64,000 nucleotides of DNA from a bacterium (GTDB taxonomy: Bacteria > Myxococcota_A > UBA9042). The notes under the pieces were generated by a model, which saw only the letters and a list, made by a program, of their open reading frames with translations, had not been told where the DNA came from and did not search any database. The position numbers and the translations under genes were made by a program. Below, in pieces: positions 35,084 to 44,786 of this stretch. The stretch covers positions 3,857 through 67,856 of the forward strand of contig JAUIAC010000003.1 of assembly GCA_030425545.1 (NCBI GenBank), given 5' to 3'. Numbering within the stretch: position 1 is the stretch's first letter; each line of letters begins with the position of its first letter.

Positions 35084-38000
35084 GGGCGGCCCGCGCCGGA
35101 CGCGCGCACGGCCCGCTCGCCCCGTGGCGTCCGCGCGGCGCTCGCACCGGGAGGGGTCGACCCGCCCTTCTTCCCGGCTGCCGTCGCCGGTGCGGCGCGC
35201 TTGCCCTTCTTGGGCGCCGGCGCCGACGCCGGTGGCACGGCCTTGGCCAGGTGCGCGGACAGCGCGCGACCCTCGAGGCGGAAGGTCGCATAGGCGGCCT
35301 CTCGCAGCCGCGTGGCCAGCACCCCGCTGACCCGCCCCGCCCGCTCTCTGGCGGAGACGTCGGCGACAAAGCGGCGCACGGACACCGCGGCGCGCGCCAG
35401 CGCCGTCACGGTCAATGGACCCTCGACGCCGAGGAGGCGAGCCACGTCGGTGTTGTCTTGATGGGTCCGGAGCACGGTCAGCGACGACGCGTCGTCGCCA
35501 GCGCGCAACGTCCACACCGCCAGGGCCTTGGCGATTCGCGAGCGCCCTGCGAGCGCCGCCAGCAACATCGGCCGCACGCTCGAGGTCGGCAAGCGGGCCA
35601 CGCGGCTGCGCGCGATGCGGTCCAAGGCTTCGGTCACGCCCTCGTCGGCCACCGCCGCGTCGCCGTACGCGTTGTCGTCGGCCAGCCCCTGCAGCACCAG
35701 GCGCAGCCCGCGCTCGCCTCGGTATTGGAGCAGATGGTCCGCCGCCCACCACCGGTCGTCGGGATCAGGGCTGGCCAGCAGCGACTCGAAGTGGCCCAGC
35801 AGGATCCGGAAGTCGCGCGCGAGCACGGTCTGGGGCTGCGCGCCGGCGCGGTTCTCGCGGCTCCGCTCGGCCGCCATGGCGTCGATCATCGCCCGCAGGC
35901 GGGTCATCACCGCCTGGGTGGTCGCGCTGGCGGCGGCTGCGGAGGGGCCGAGCCGGTGGATGGCGTAGACGTCGAAGAGCAGCAGCGCGACCCGCGCGCT
36001 CGGCGCCTGCGCGAGGAGCTTCAGATCTCCGGCCGACGGGACCGCGCGGTGCACCACCAGGGCGCGGCGATAGGCCCGCGCGAGGCCGCTCGACGCGGCG
36101 CCGGTCCCTTGGGCGACCAGCGCCTCGGCCGCAGGGGTGCGCCAGACGTTCGCCGAGACGAGGGACTCCAGCCCACGCACCCCAGGGGGGCCCAGCCGAG
36201 CCAGGTCGGCGACCTCGATGCGCGGCGTCACCAGCGCCTGCATCGCAGCGGTCTCCCCCTCCGGGCGCACACCGGCGAAGGCCCAGCCGCTCACCGCCGT
36301 GAGCGCCGCCGTGCGCACGACGTCACCGAGCGGGCTCTCGCCTGCGACAGGGGACGCCAGGTCCAGCAGCCACCGCTTCGCAGCCCGAGCCCGCTTGGGT
36401 CGCGCGTCGGACAGCTCGGCCGTCAGGAGGGGGACCAGGGCTGCGGCGACGTCGGACCAGTCCCGCGCCGCGGCGCCCAGCGCAGGCGCGTCGGCGTCGT
36501 GCACGCCAGTGAGCAGCGCGTGCATGGCCTGCGCGCGCACCTTGGCGCTCCGGCCGTTGGCTTGGACGAAGCGGTCGATGGCGGGCCGGGCGCCCTTGGT
36601 GGCGCCCCACGAGGCGAAGAGCGACGCGCGCTCGGCGTCCGTCATCGCCGCGTCGCTGTCGATGAGCCGCGTCGTCACCCGGCCAGCGACGTCGCGCTGC
36701 ACGAGTCGCTTGCAGCGCACGTCCAGCGCCGGGCGGAGCGACTTCAGGTCGCCGACCACCAGCGTCACGCTGTCGGCCGTCCCCATCCACCCCTTCGCGT
36801 TGGCCAGCACGGTGGCCGGTGAGGCCCGACGCAGATCGCTGACCCAGGTGTCCCAGGTGGTGTCCGGCAGGCCATAGACGCGCAGCCGCGCGATGCGCGC
36901 CGCCACGGTCTGCGCGCTCGCCTGGCCCATGACGAACTGGCCCACGAGGTAGCGTTGCGCAGCAGAGACCTCGGCAGGGCTCGGCGCGGCGTCTTGGAGC
37001 TTCCGCAGCTCGCTCCGCAACGCGTCGAGGGCCTCGGCCGTCTTGGGTGTCCGCACCGAGGTCGACACCGACCAGTCGCCGGCGAGCTGTCGCCCGTCGA
37101 AGGCCGAGTAGACGCCGTAGGTGAGCCCGCGGCGCTCGCGCAGCTCGGTGAAGAGGCGAGAGCTGGCTGACCCCCCCAAGACCTGATTGGCGACCGTCAG
37201 CTCGGCCCACCGCTTGGCCGTCCGGACGGGGCCGCGGTTGCCGTGCACGATCACGGACTGCACCGCGCCGGGCATGTCGACCACCACGCAGCCGGGCTCG
37301 ACGCTCTCCGCCGGCGCCAGCGGTCCGGGGCGGTACCGAGGCCCCGCCAGGGCGGAACCAAAGGTCTGGTGCAGCGCGTGCGCCAGGTCGCCCGCCTTGG
37401 CGTCCCCGACCACCACGAGCGAGCTGCCGCCCAGCCGCACCAGCGCCTCGTGGGCCCGCGCGACGTGGTCGCGGCGTACGGCGTCGACGCTCGCCAGGGT
37501 GAGCCCCGCTGAGCCGTAGGGGTGCGCCGGCCCGTAGACCACCCGGTTGAACACGCGCGACGCGACCTCTCGGCCCCGTGTGCTGAGGTTCTTCAGCCGC
37601 GCTCGCTCCCGCTTCCTGAGGGTCTCCAGCGTGCGGCCGTTGAGCTCGGGCTCGAGCAAGGCCTCGCGGAGCAAGGGCAGGAACGCCGGGAGCTGGTGGC
37701 TCAGCACGCGTCCGGTGACGAGCAGCGCGTCCGACGCGACACGCACGCTGATCTGCGCGCCGGTCCCCTCGAGCGCAGCGGCGAAGCGCGCGCCCCGGTG
37801 CTTCTTGGTGCCCTCCGTCATCAACGCCGCGGTGAGATCGACCGTGCCCTCGGGCCAGCGCGTCGGCGTGCCGCCCTCGTACTCCACGCGCCGCCCCCCT
37901 GGGATCACCCAACGGAAGAAGATCGCCGGGCTGTCATGGCGCTCCACGAGCAGCAGCTCCACGCCGGGATGGTCGGGGTCCGGCGCGGTGTCGGAGGTCA

Positions 38001-38223
38001 CCACCGTGCGAACCGGCTTCGGGGCGCTCACCGCGGTCGTCGCCGCCACGGTCGGCCGCGGGCCCCAGGGATCCTTTGGCGCCTTGGGCGGCTGCGCCTT
38101 GGTCACCGGCTTCGGAGGCGCTCCGCCGCAGGCGCTGGCGAGCAGGGCCAGCGCGGCGCCCAGCGCGGCGAGCTGTGGTGCGCGCGCGGACGTGGGCCGC
38201 GACGTGAGACGGTGCTGGCTCAT
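35080..38223 (-). CDS. M16-family (pitrilysin-like) peptidase homologue lacking the HxxEH motif, probably the non-catalytic partner, with a ~550-aa C-terminal helical-repeat extension; lipoprotein
   Basis: The lipobox is LALLASACGG. Peptidase_M16 N and C domain features appear in the first ~500 aa without the HxxEH zinc motif. Its start overlaps the upstream M16 gene's stop (ATGA at 38220-38223). Confidence 0.6.
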   Translation of the reverse strand: MSQHRLTSRPTSARAPQLAALGAALALLASACGGAPPKPVTKAQPPKAPKDPWGPRPTVAATTAVSAPKPVRTVVTSDTAPDPDHPGVELLLVERHDSPAIFFRWVIPGGRRVEYEGGTPTRWPEGTVDLTAALMTEGTKKHRGARFAAALEGTGAQISVRVASDALLVTGRVLSHQLPAFLPLLREALLEPELNGRTLETLRKRERARLKNLSTRGREVASRVFNRVVYGPAHPYGSAGLTLASVDAVRRDHVARAHEALVRLGGSSLVVVGDAKAGDLAHALHQTFGSALAGPRYRPGPLAPAESVEPGCVVVDMPGAVQSVIVHGNRGPVRTAKRWAELTVANQVLGGSASSRLFTELRERRGLTYGVYSAFDGRQLAGDWSVSTSVRTPKTAEALDALRSELRKLQDAAPSPAEVSAAQRYLVGQFVMGQASAQTVAARIARLRVYGLPDTTWDTWVSDLRRASPATVLANAKGWMGTADSVTLVVGDLKSLRPALDVRCKRLVQRDVAGRVTTRLIDSDAAMTDAERASLFASWGATKGARPAIDRFVQANGRSAKVRAQAMHALLTGVHDADAPALGAAARDWSDVAAALVPLLTAELSDARPKRARAAKRWLLDLASPVAGESPLGDVVRTAALTAVSGWAFAGVRPEGETAAMQALVTPRIEVADLARLGPPGVRGLESLVSANVWRTPAAEALVAQGTGAASSGLARAYRRALVVHRAVPSAGDLKLLAQAPSARVALLLFDVYAIHRLGPSAAAASATTQAVMTRLRAMIDAMAAERSRENRAGAQPQTVLARDFRILLGHFESLLASPDPDDRWWAADHLLQYRGERGLRLVLQGLADDNAYGDAAVADEGVTEALDRIARSRVARLPTSSVRPMLLAALAGRSRIAKALAVWTLRAGDDASSLTVLRTHQDNTDVARLLGVEGPLTVTALARAAVSVRRFVADVSARERAGRVSGVLATRLREAAYATFRLEGRALSAHLAKAVPPASAPAPKKGKRAAPATAAGKKGGSTPPGASAARTPRGERAVRASGAGRP

Positions 38224-40121
38224 TGGTCGCCTCCCTCGGTCTCTGCGGGCGTGTCTGGCGCTGGGGTGTCTGGTGCTGGGGTGTCTGGTGTTGGGGTGTC
38301 TGGTGCTGGGGTGTCTGGCGCAGGCTTCTCAGCCCCGCGAGCGCCGGCCGATGTGGGCGCGACCTTTTCGGGGCCGGTGGGCTTCGCCGCTGCGCCCTTG
38401 GCCTTGTCCGCTGCCAGCTGAGCGGCCGCTGCGGCGTCACGCTTGCGCTGCTTCTCCGCCTTGGCCGCTGCCTTGGCGGCTGCCTTCGCCGCTGCCTTGG
38501 CGGCTCGCTTCTTCGCCCGGGCCTCGGCCTTCGCCGCGCGCGCCGCCGCCTTGGCCGCTCGCTTCTGCGCGCGGGCCGCCGCCTTGGCCTCTTTGGCCTG
38601 GGCCCGGGTCAGCGCCCGCTCCCAGCCCGCGACGTCGCGCGGCATGTCGGGTCCGACCGTGGCCGCGACGAAGCCCTTGGGCAGCACGTCGAGCTCCGCC
38701 TCGCGGTGCCACCGGAACCACGTCCGTGCGACCCGCTGCACGTCGCTCGCGGTCACGGCCCGCCACTTCGCCAGCGCGCCGTTCAGCTTGCCCGCGTCCC
38801 CGTAGTAGGTCTCGTAGCGCGCCAGCAGGTGCGCCCGAGCGGACAGGCTCAGCGTCCCGAACACGTAGCCCGCCTCGAAGCTCACCTTCGCGCGCTTCAG
38901 CTCGGCGGCGGTCACGCCCTTGATCATGATGTCGTAGAGCGCGCCCCGCACGATGTGCTTGGTCTGCTTCATCGCCTTGGCGCTGGCCTGCGACAGCTCC
39001 GCGGCGAAGTGGAAGATGTCGACGTCGCGCCGCCCGTAGTTGCCGGCCCAGTGGCGGGTGGCGAGTCCCGTCTCCTTCTCCAGCTTGCGGGTGAGCCGGC
39101 TCGCGTCGCCCCCGTCGAGGATCTCGCCCAGCACGTCGATGGCCCAGGCGTCGGGGTGCGGGCGGGCCGGCACGCGCCAGGCCAGGTGCACGGCCGGCAT
39201 CTTGCCGAGCGGCTCGGCGTAGGTGGCGTAGGCGTGCTGCTTGGGTTCCGGCTCGGCGAAGGTCTGGTGCTTGGGCTCAGCGCGGCGCGGCACCCGCCCG
39301 AGGGTGGCCTCGGCGAGCGTCTTGGCGCGCGCTGGGGTGACGTCGCCGACCAGCACCAGGACACAGTTGTTCGGCGTGTACCAGTGACGCCAGAACTGCA
39401 CGAAGGCGTCGAGGGGCGCCCGCTTCAGGTCGTCCATGGAGCCGATGGTGGAGTGCGCCAGTGGCCAGGTCGTGAACGCCAGCCGCAGCAGGGCCAGGCG
39501 GGACGCCGCGTAGGGTCGATTGTCGTAGCGCTGCCGCCGCTCTTCCATGACCGTCTGGCGCTGGTTCTCCACGTTCTTGGCGTTGATCTCCAGGTGCGCG
39601 AAGCGATCGGACTCGAGCCACAGGGCGAGCTCGAGCGCGTTCTTTGGCACGACCTCGTAGTAGTAGGTCCGGTCGAGCGACGTGTTGGCGTTCAGATCGG
39701 CGCCGACCGCCTCCAGCGCGGTGAAGTGCTCCATCTTGCCGACGCGCTTGGAGCCCTGGAACATCATGTGTTCGAAGAAGTGCGCCAGCCCCGAGCGCCC
39801 CTGGGTCTCATCGCGGGCGCCCACGTCGACCATGATGCCCACGGCGACCACCGGCGCCCGATGGTCGGGCTGCACCACCACCCGCATGCCGTTGCTCAAG
39901 GTGAAGCGTTCGATCTTCAAGGGCTTTGGCGTAGGCCACGGCGCGGCGGCCTGCTTGGCCCTGGGCGGACGCGCGCTGGAGGGGCCGGCTCCGACCAGCA
40001 CGAGGCAGAGCACGCCGCACAGCCAGGCGACACGAGCGCGCCCCTTGGTGCGACAGACGGCGAGAGCGTGGGCGACCACGGCCATGGGGAGGACCTCCAG
40101 CGTTGAGGGCAGCAGCGACAA
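38220..40121 (-). CDS. M16-family zinc metallopeptidase (active, inverted-zincin HxxEH) with a Lys/Ala-rich and TPAPD-repeat C-terminal tail
   Basis: HFFEHMMF (HxxEH) is followed by a downstream Glu. The tail has KAAAKAAAKAAAKA and five PAPDT repeats. Confidence 0.8.
   Translation of the reverse strand: MSLLPSTLEVLPMAVVAHALAVCRTKGRARVAWLCGVLCLVLVGAGPSSARPPRAKQAAAPWPTPKPLKIERFTLSNGMRVVVQPDHRAPVVAVGIMVDVGARDETQGRSGLAHFFEHMMFQGSKRVGKMEHFTALEAVGADLNANTSLDRTYYYEVVPKNALELALWLESDRFAHLEINAKNVENQRQTVMEERRQRYDNRPYAASRLALLRLAFTTWPLAHSTIGSMDDLKRAPLDAFVQFWRHWYTPNNCVLVLVGDVTPARAKTLAEATLGRVPRRAEPKHQTFAEPEPKQHAYATYAEPLGKMPAVHLAWRVPARPHPDAWAIDVLGEILDGGDASRLTRKLEKETGLATRHWAGNYGRRDVDIFHFAAELSQASAKAMKQTKHIVRGALYDIMIKGVTAAELKRAKVSFEAGYVFGTLSLSARAHLLARYETYYGDAGKLNGALAKWRAVTASDVQRVARTWFRWHREAELDVLPKGFVAATVGPDMPRDVAGWERALTRAQAKEAKAAARAQKRAAKAAARAAKAEARAKKRAAKAAAKAAAKAAAKAEKQRKRDAAAAAQLAADKAKGAAAKPTGPEKVAPTSAGARGAEKPAPDTPAPDTPTPDTPAPDTPAPDTPAETEGGDQ
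38251..38325 (-). repeat. Coding 15-bp tandem repeat (gtgtctggYgctggg, 5 copies) encoding (TPAPD)n in the M16 peptidase tail
   Basis: Direct reading of five consecutive 15-mers. Confidence 0.6.
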
Positions 40122-40293
40122 CTGATCCAGAACCTACCACCCCGGCGCGACGCGTGGCAGGGGGCTTCAGCCCGCCCAGACCCGGGGAAAAAAAGCGCCG
40201 CGGAGCCTCCCGCACGCCTTGCCCGGCCACCCGGCGCCGCATAGCATCCGCGGCCCCCGAAATCCGGGCTGGTCAAACCACCGTGCCAGGCAC

Positions 40294-42099
40294 ATGGAGC
40301 CTCTGATGTCCCAGTTTCTCGCGACTCACAAGCGTGACCACCGCTGCGGCGACTTCCGTGACACCCACGTCGACGAGGAGGTCACCGTCTACGGTTGGGT
40401 CGACTCGTACCGCGACCACGGCGGCGTCATCTTCATCGACCTGCGCGACCGCACCGGCATCGTCCAGCTCCGCTTCGAGCCCTGGGTGGCCGAGGGCGTG
40501 GCGCACGGGCTGGCGGACAAGCTGCGGCCGGAGTGGGCCATCGGCGCGCGCGGCAAGGTCATCAGCCGGGGGGAGAACATCAACCCCAAGATCCCGACCG
40601 GCGCGGTGGAGGTGCTCTGTGACACGCTCGAGGTGTTCAGCGAGTCCCCGACGCCCCCCTTCGAGATCAAGGACGACCTGGACACCGCCGAGGCCATCCG
40701 CCTGAAGTACCGCTTCCTCGATCTGCGTCGCAACGCGCTCTCGCGCAACTTTCAACTGCGCTCGCAGGTCTACCGCCAGACCCGCAACTACTTCGCGGAC
40801 CACGGCTTCCTCGAGATCGAGACGCCCATCCTGGCCAACAGCACGCCCGAAGGCGCGCGCGACTACCTGGTGCCCTCCCGCGTGCATCCCGGCAGCTTCT
40901 ACGCGCTCCCGCAGTCGCCTCAGCAGTTCAAGCAGCTGCTGATGATGAGCGGCATGGACCGCTACATGCAGATCTGCCGGTGCTTCCGCGACGAGGACCT
41001 GCGCGCAGACCGGCAGCCCGAGTTCACCCAGCTCGATCTCGAGATGAGCTTCGTGTCTGTGGACGACATCCGCGCGCTGCTCGACGGTTACGTCCGCGGC
41101 GTGTGGCGAGAGGTGCTCGGCGTCGAGGTGCCCACGCCGGTGCCCTCGATCACCTACGCCGAGGCCATGGACAAGTACGGCATCGACAAGCCGGACCTCC
41201 GCTACGGGCTGCCGCTGACGGATCTCACCGAGCTGCTACGCGGCCGCATCGAGTTCCGCATCTTCAAGGGCGCGCTCGACGCGGGGGGCATCGTGAAGGC
41301 CCTCTACCTGCCCGAGGGCAAGGTGTTCTCGCGCAAGGACCTCGACAAGGTCATCCCGGCGGAGGCTGCGCCCTTCGGCGCCAAGGGCATCGCGTGGGCC
41401 CGCGTGCAGCCCGGCGGCAGCTGGTCCGGACCGGTGGCCAAGGGCGTCGACGACGCGCTGCGCGGCGAGCTGAACGACGCGCTCGGCGCCGAGGAGGGCG
41501 GCCTCATCCTGTTCTCAGCGGACAAGCGCTCGGTGGTGAACGCCGCCCTGGCGCGGATCCGCGGCGTGGCGGCCGAGCGCCTCGGTCTCATCAAGCCGAA
41601 CACCTGGTCCTTCGTGTGGGTCACCGACTTCCCCATGTTCGAGTACGACGAGGACGAGCAGCGCTACCAGGCGATGCACCACCCCTTCACCAGCCCGCGC
41701 TACGACGAGATCGACCAGCTGGAGACCGACCCGGCCGGCGTGAAGGCGCTGGCCTACGACCTCGTGGTCAACGGCGTCGAGCTCGGCGGCGGCTCCATTC
41801 GAATCCACCGCTCCGACGTGCAGCACCAGGTGTTTCGCGCCCTCGGCCTGAGCGCCGAGGAGGTCGACGAGAAGTTCGGCTTCTTCATCGAGGCGCTGCG
41901 CTACGGCACGCCGCCGCACGGTGGCATCGCGCTGGGCATGGACCGTCTGCTGATGCTGCTCTGCGGCGCCGACAGCCTGCGCGACGTCATCGCGTTCCCG
42001 AAGACGCAGCGCGCCACCGACATGCTCACCGGCTCGCCCAACCAGGTCGACGCCAAGCAGCTGACCGACCTGTCGATTCGCACGGTCGTCGACGACTGA
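40294..42099 (+). CDS. aspS: Aspartate--tRNA ligase
   Basis: Class II aaRS with an N-terminal OB fold (THxCGDFR, VYGWV), motif 2/3 segments (FRDEDLRADRQPEFTQLD, GGGSIRIH) and MDRLLMLL. The start may alternatively be the ATG at 40306. Confidence 0.9.
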   Translation: MEPLMSQFLATHKRDHRCGDFRDTHVDEEVTVYGWVDSYRDHGGVIFIDLRDRTGIVQLRFEPWVAEGVAHGLADKLRPEWAIGARGKVISRGENINPKIPTGAVEVLCDTLEVFSESPTPPFEIKDDLDTAEAIRLKYRFLDLRRNALSRNFQLRSQVYRQTRNYFADHGFLEIETPILANSTPEGARDYLVPSRVHPGSFYALPQSPQQFKQLLMMSGMDRYMQICRCFRDEDLRADRQPEFTQLDLEMSFVSVDDIRALLDGYVRGVWREVLGVEVPTPVPSITYAEAMDKYGIDKPDLRYGLPLTDLTELLRGRIEFRIFKGALDAGGIVKALYLPEGKVFSRKDLDKVIPAEAAPFGAKGIAWARVQPGGSWSGPVAKGVDDALRGELNDALGAEEGGLILFSADKRSVVNAALARIRGVAAERLGLIKPNTWSFVWVTDFPMFEYDEDEQRYQAMHHPFTSPRYDEIDQLETDPAGVKALAYDLVVNGVELGGGSIRIHRSDVQHQVFRALGLSAEEVDEKFGFFIEALRYGTPPHGGIALGMDRLLMLLCGADSLRDVIAFPKTQRATDMLTGSPNQVDAKQLTDLSIRTVVDD

Positions 42100-42123
42100 T
42101 CCGGTCGCCGGCGCGCGCGGCCC

Positions 42124-43239
42124 TCAGGCTTTGACCTCGATCAGCGCCGGCGCGTCCGCGGCCTGCACGCGGCCGACCGTCGCTGCGGTGGTCACGCCCT
42201 CCGCTGCGAGCGCGCGCATCAGCGCCGCGTGTCCCTCGGGCGCGATCGCGATGAGCAGCCCGCCGGAGGTCTGCGCGTCGGCGAGGATCAGCTGCTCGAA
42301 GTCCGAGAGTCCGGCCTCGAAGCGACAGTTGGGCGCCGCGTAGGCGAGGTTGCGCTTGCTGCCCCCCGGGCAGGCGCCGGCCTCCGCCAGCTCCCGCACG
42401 CGGGGCAGGAGCGGCACGTCACCCAGCCGCAGCGAGGCCCCCAGGGGCGTCGCGCCGCTCGACGCGCGCAAGACGTTGCCCAGGTGCCCGAGCAGGCCGA
42501 AGCCGGTGACGTCCGTCGCCGCGTGAACGTGGGTGCGCACCTGCGTCATCGCGCGGGCGGCCGCTGCGTTGAGCGCGGTCATGTTGTCCACGGCCGGCTG
42601 CAGCGCCGCGGCGTCGATGACCCCACGCTTGAACGCGGTCGTGAGCACGCCTGTCCCCACCGGCTTGGTCAGCACCAGCAGGTCGCCGTCCTGGGCGCCG
42701 TCGTTGCGCACCACCTCGTCCGGGTGGACCGTCCCGGTGACGAAGAGGCCGAACTTCGGCTCCTTGTCGACGATGCTGTGACCGCCGCTGATGACGATGC
42801 CCACCTCAGCACACACGTCTCCCGCGCCTCGCAGCACCTCTCCCAGCGCGGCGGGGCCTGCGGTGTCCATGGGCCAGGCGACAAAACTCAGCGCGGAGAG
42901 CGGCGTGGCGCCCATGGCGAAGACGTCGGAGAGGGCGTTGGCCGCGGCGATGCGACCGTAGTCGTACGCGTCGTCGACGATGGGGGTGAAGATGTCGACC
43001 GTCTGCACCAGCGCCAGGTCGTCGCGCAGCCGAATCACCGCGGCGTCGTCCCCGGTGTCGAGCCCCACCATCACCCTGGGGTCCTGCGCGCGCGGCAGGT
43101 GTGCGAGGGCGGCGATGAGGTCGACCTGCGCGATCTTGGCCGCACAGCCGGCCGTGGCCGAGAGGCTGGTCAAAGGGACCGCCAGCGCGGGCGGCGCAGC
43201 GGAGGTCTCGGGGGGCAGGCCAGGCGCAGCGGTCGACAT
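42124..43239 (-). CDS. selD: Selenide, water dikinase (selenophosphate synthetase), Cys-type
   Basis: N-terminal TAGCAAK, i.e. Cys rather than Sec in the glycine-rich loop. AIR-synthase-like domains (GLDTGDDAAV, DVTGFGLLGH). Internal ATG at 43239 is preferred. Confidence 0.8.
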   Translation of the reverse strand: MSTAAPGLPPETSAAPPALAVPLTSLSATAGCAAKIAQVDLIAALAHLPRAQDPRVMVGLDTGDDAAVIRLRDDLALVQTVDIFTPIVDDAYDYGRIAAANALSDVFAMGATPLSALSFVAWPMDTAGPAALGEVLRGAGDVCAEVGIVISGGHSIVDKEPKFGLFVTGTVHPDEVVRNDGAQDGDLLVLTKPVGTGVLTTAFKRGVIDAAALQPAVDNMTALNAAAARAMTQVRTHVHAATDVTGFGLLGHLGNVLRASSGATPLGASLRLGDVPLLPRVRELAEAGACPGGSKRNLAYAAPNCRFEAGLSDFEQLILADAQTSGGLLIAIAPEGHAALMRALAAEGVTTAATVGRVQAADAPALIEVKA

Positions 43240-43588
43240 GGGGGGCTCCAAGACACGAGGGCGGGCGGTCGCGAGCCGCGAACGGTGCCGACGCACGTCG
43301 CGCTTGTCGAGGTCCGGGCCACGGGAGCGCCGCGCGGTCGCATGTTTTGCGTACGTGGCGCGTTGCAGCAACAGCCGCCCGCCGCGGGTCCGCTGCGGGC
43401 TCGTTGACGCGGGCATGCGTGCTAGGAGCCTGTAGCGCATTCCGCCTCGGCGGCTTCATCGCGCTGACACATCGCCCTGCGACTCCGCCACGTGCTTGAA
43501 TTGGCTACGGCCAGTCCTGCGCACTCGGGAAGCCACAGGGCTTGGTCATCGCGCGAAGCCCCTCGAGGCTCCAATGCGCTACACACTC

Positions 43589-43631
43589 CTAGCAGACTGG
43601 GGCGACCATCAACTTCGCCGCAGTCTGCTAG
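43589..43631. promoter_or_regulatory. Perfect 11-bp inverted repeat (ctagcagactg ... cagtctgctag) with a 21-nt spacer in the divergent selD/ompA-like promoter region
   Basis: Direct reading. It lies ~45 bp upstream of the 43677 ATG. Confidence 0.3.
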
Positions 43632-43676
43632 CCTGCCCGCGTCCGAAGTCCGCGCCATGTCGCTCTGGAGGATCCC

Positions 43677-44786
43677 ATGTCCCACCCCCTGAACCGGCCG
43701 TCGCCGCTGGCCTGGCTGGCCGCCTGTGCGCTTGTCAGCGCGGTGCTCTGTGCGCCCGGTGTCTCCCACGCCGAGGTGGACCCGGACGACCTCGGCTTCG
43801 GCACGATCCCGGTGGTTCAGTACAAGAAGGGCCTGCCCGCGATCACCCTCTCCCCCGAGCGCACGCTCAAGTCGGTGGTGGTCAAGGTGGTCGCCAAGGG
43901 CGGCAAGACGCAGGTGCTGCGGGCCGGCACCGTCAAGGCGGGCCGCACCAAGAAGCTGCCCGTGCGCCAGGGCAAGGGCGCGGTGGACTACACGTGCCAC
44001 ATCACGGGCAAGGCGGGTCGGGAGAAGTTCGGCCCGCTGACCTTCACCTTCACGCTCAAGGTCGGCGCCGCGCCGCAGATCAGGGTCCACCCCAAAGACG
44101 TCGACATGGCCGCCCACCAGCTGACGGTTCGCGTCAGCGAGCCCAAGGGCAAGCTTGTGTTGAAGGTGCACGGCGACGACGGCAGCGTCATCGACGAGGT
44201 GGAGCAGCCCTACGACGCCAAGCCCGGCACGCCGCTCACGGTGAAGTGGAAGCAGGGCCCCAAGCAGGTGGTCGGGCGTTTTGCCCTGCGCGCCTACGAC
44301 ACGGTGGGCTTCTGGAGCGGCGTCGAGTCCGTCACCTTCGTCTCCATCCCCCACGAGGACGTGGTCTTCGAGTCGGGCAAGTGGGAGATCCGCAAGTCCG
44401 AGCAGGCCAAGCTGGCCCAGCCGCTCGGGCGCATCGCGGCCGAGCTGCGGAAGGTCGCAGGGGTCCTACCCATGACCCTGTACGTCGGCGGCTACACCGA
44501 CACGGTCGGCAAGGCCGGCGACAACATGGTGCTCTCCCGCAAGCGCGCCAAGGCCATCGCGGAGTGGTTTGCCCGGCGCGGGCTGCGGGTGCCGATCATG
44601 TACCAGGGCTTCGGTGAGACGGCGCTCTTCGTTCAGACCCCGGACAACACCGACGAGGCCAAGAACCGGCGCGCAGTCTACGTGCTCAGCACCCAGCCCC
44701 CGCCGGCGTCCCGTGGCTTCCCCGCGCGTCACTGGAAGCGCGCGACCGGTGGCAAGGCCGGCTCCGCCCGCAAGCGCCGACGTTGA
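43677..44786 (+). CDS. OmpA-family (peptidoglycan-associated C-terminal domain) secreted protein
   Basis: Signal peptide present. The C-terminal OmpA-like domain is YTDTVGKAGDNMVLSRKRAKAIAEWF...GFGETAL...NRRAVYV. Confidence 0.75.
   Translation: MSHPLNRPSPLAWLAACALVSAVLCAPGVSHAEVDPDDLGFGTIPVVQYKKGLPAITLSPERTLKSVVVKVVAKGGKTQVLRAGTVKAGRTKKLPVRQGKGAVDYTCHITGKAGREKFGPLTFTFTLKVGAAPQIRVHPKDVDMAAHQLTVRVSEPKGKLVLKVHGDDGSVIDEVEQPYDAKPGTPLTVKWKQGPKQVVGRFALRAYDTVGFWSGVESVTFVSIPHEDVVFESGKWEIRKSEQAKLAQPLGRIAAELRKVAGVLPMTLYVGGYTDTVGKAGDNMVLSRKRAKAIAEWFARRGLRVPIMYQGFGETALFVQTPDNTDEAKNRRAVYVLSTQPPPASRGFPARHWKRATGGKAGSARKRRR

Noticed and set aside
34948-36822. 624-aa plus-strand ORF, and other long ORFs overlapping the M16 operon
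   Set aside because: They are high-GC shadow frames antisense to coupled minus-strand genes.
38251-38325. 15-bp tandem repeats considered as possible CRISPR or minisatellite elements
   Set aside because: The units are contiguous 15-mers with no spacers, and two of the three arrays are in-frame coding repeats. This is not CRISPR architecture.
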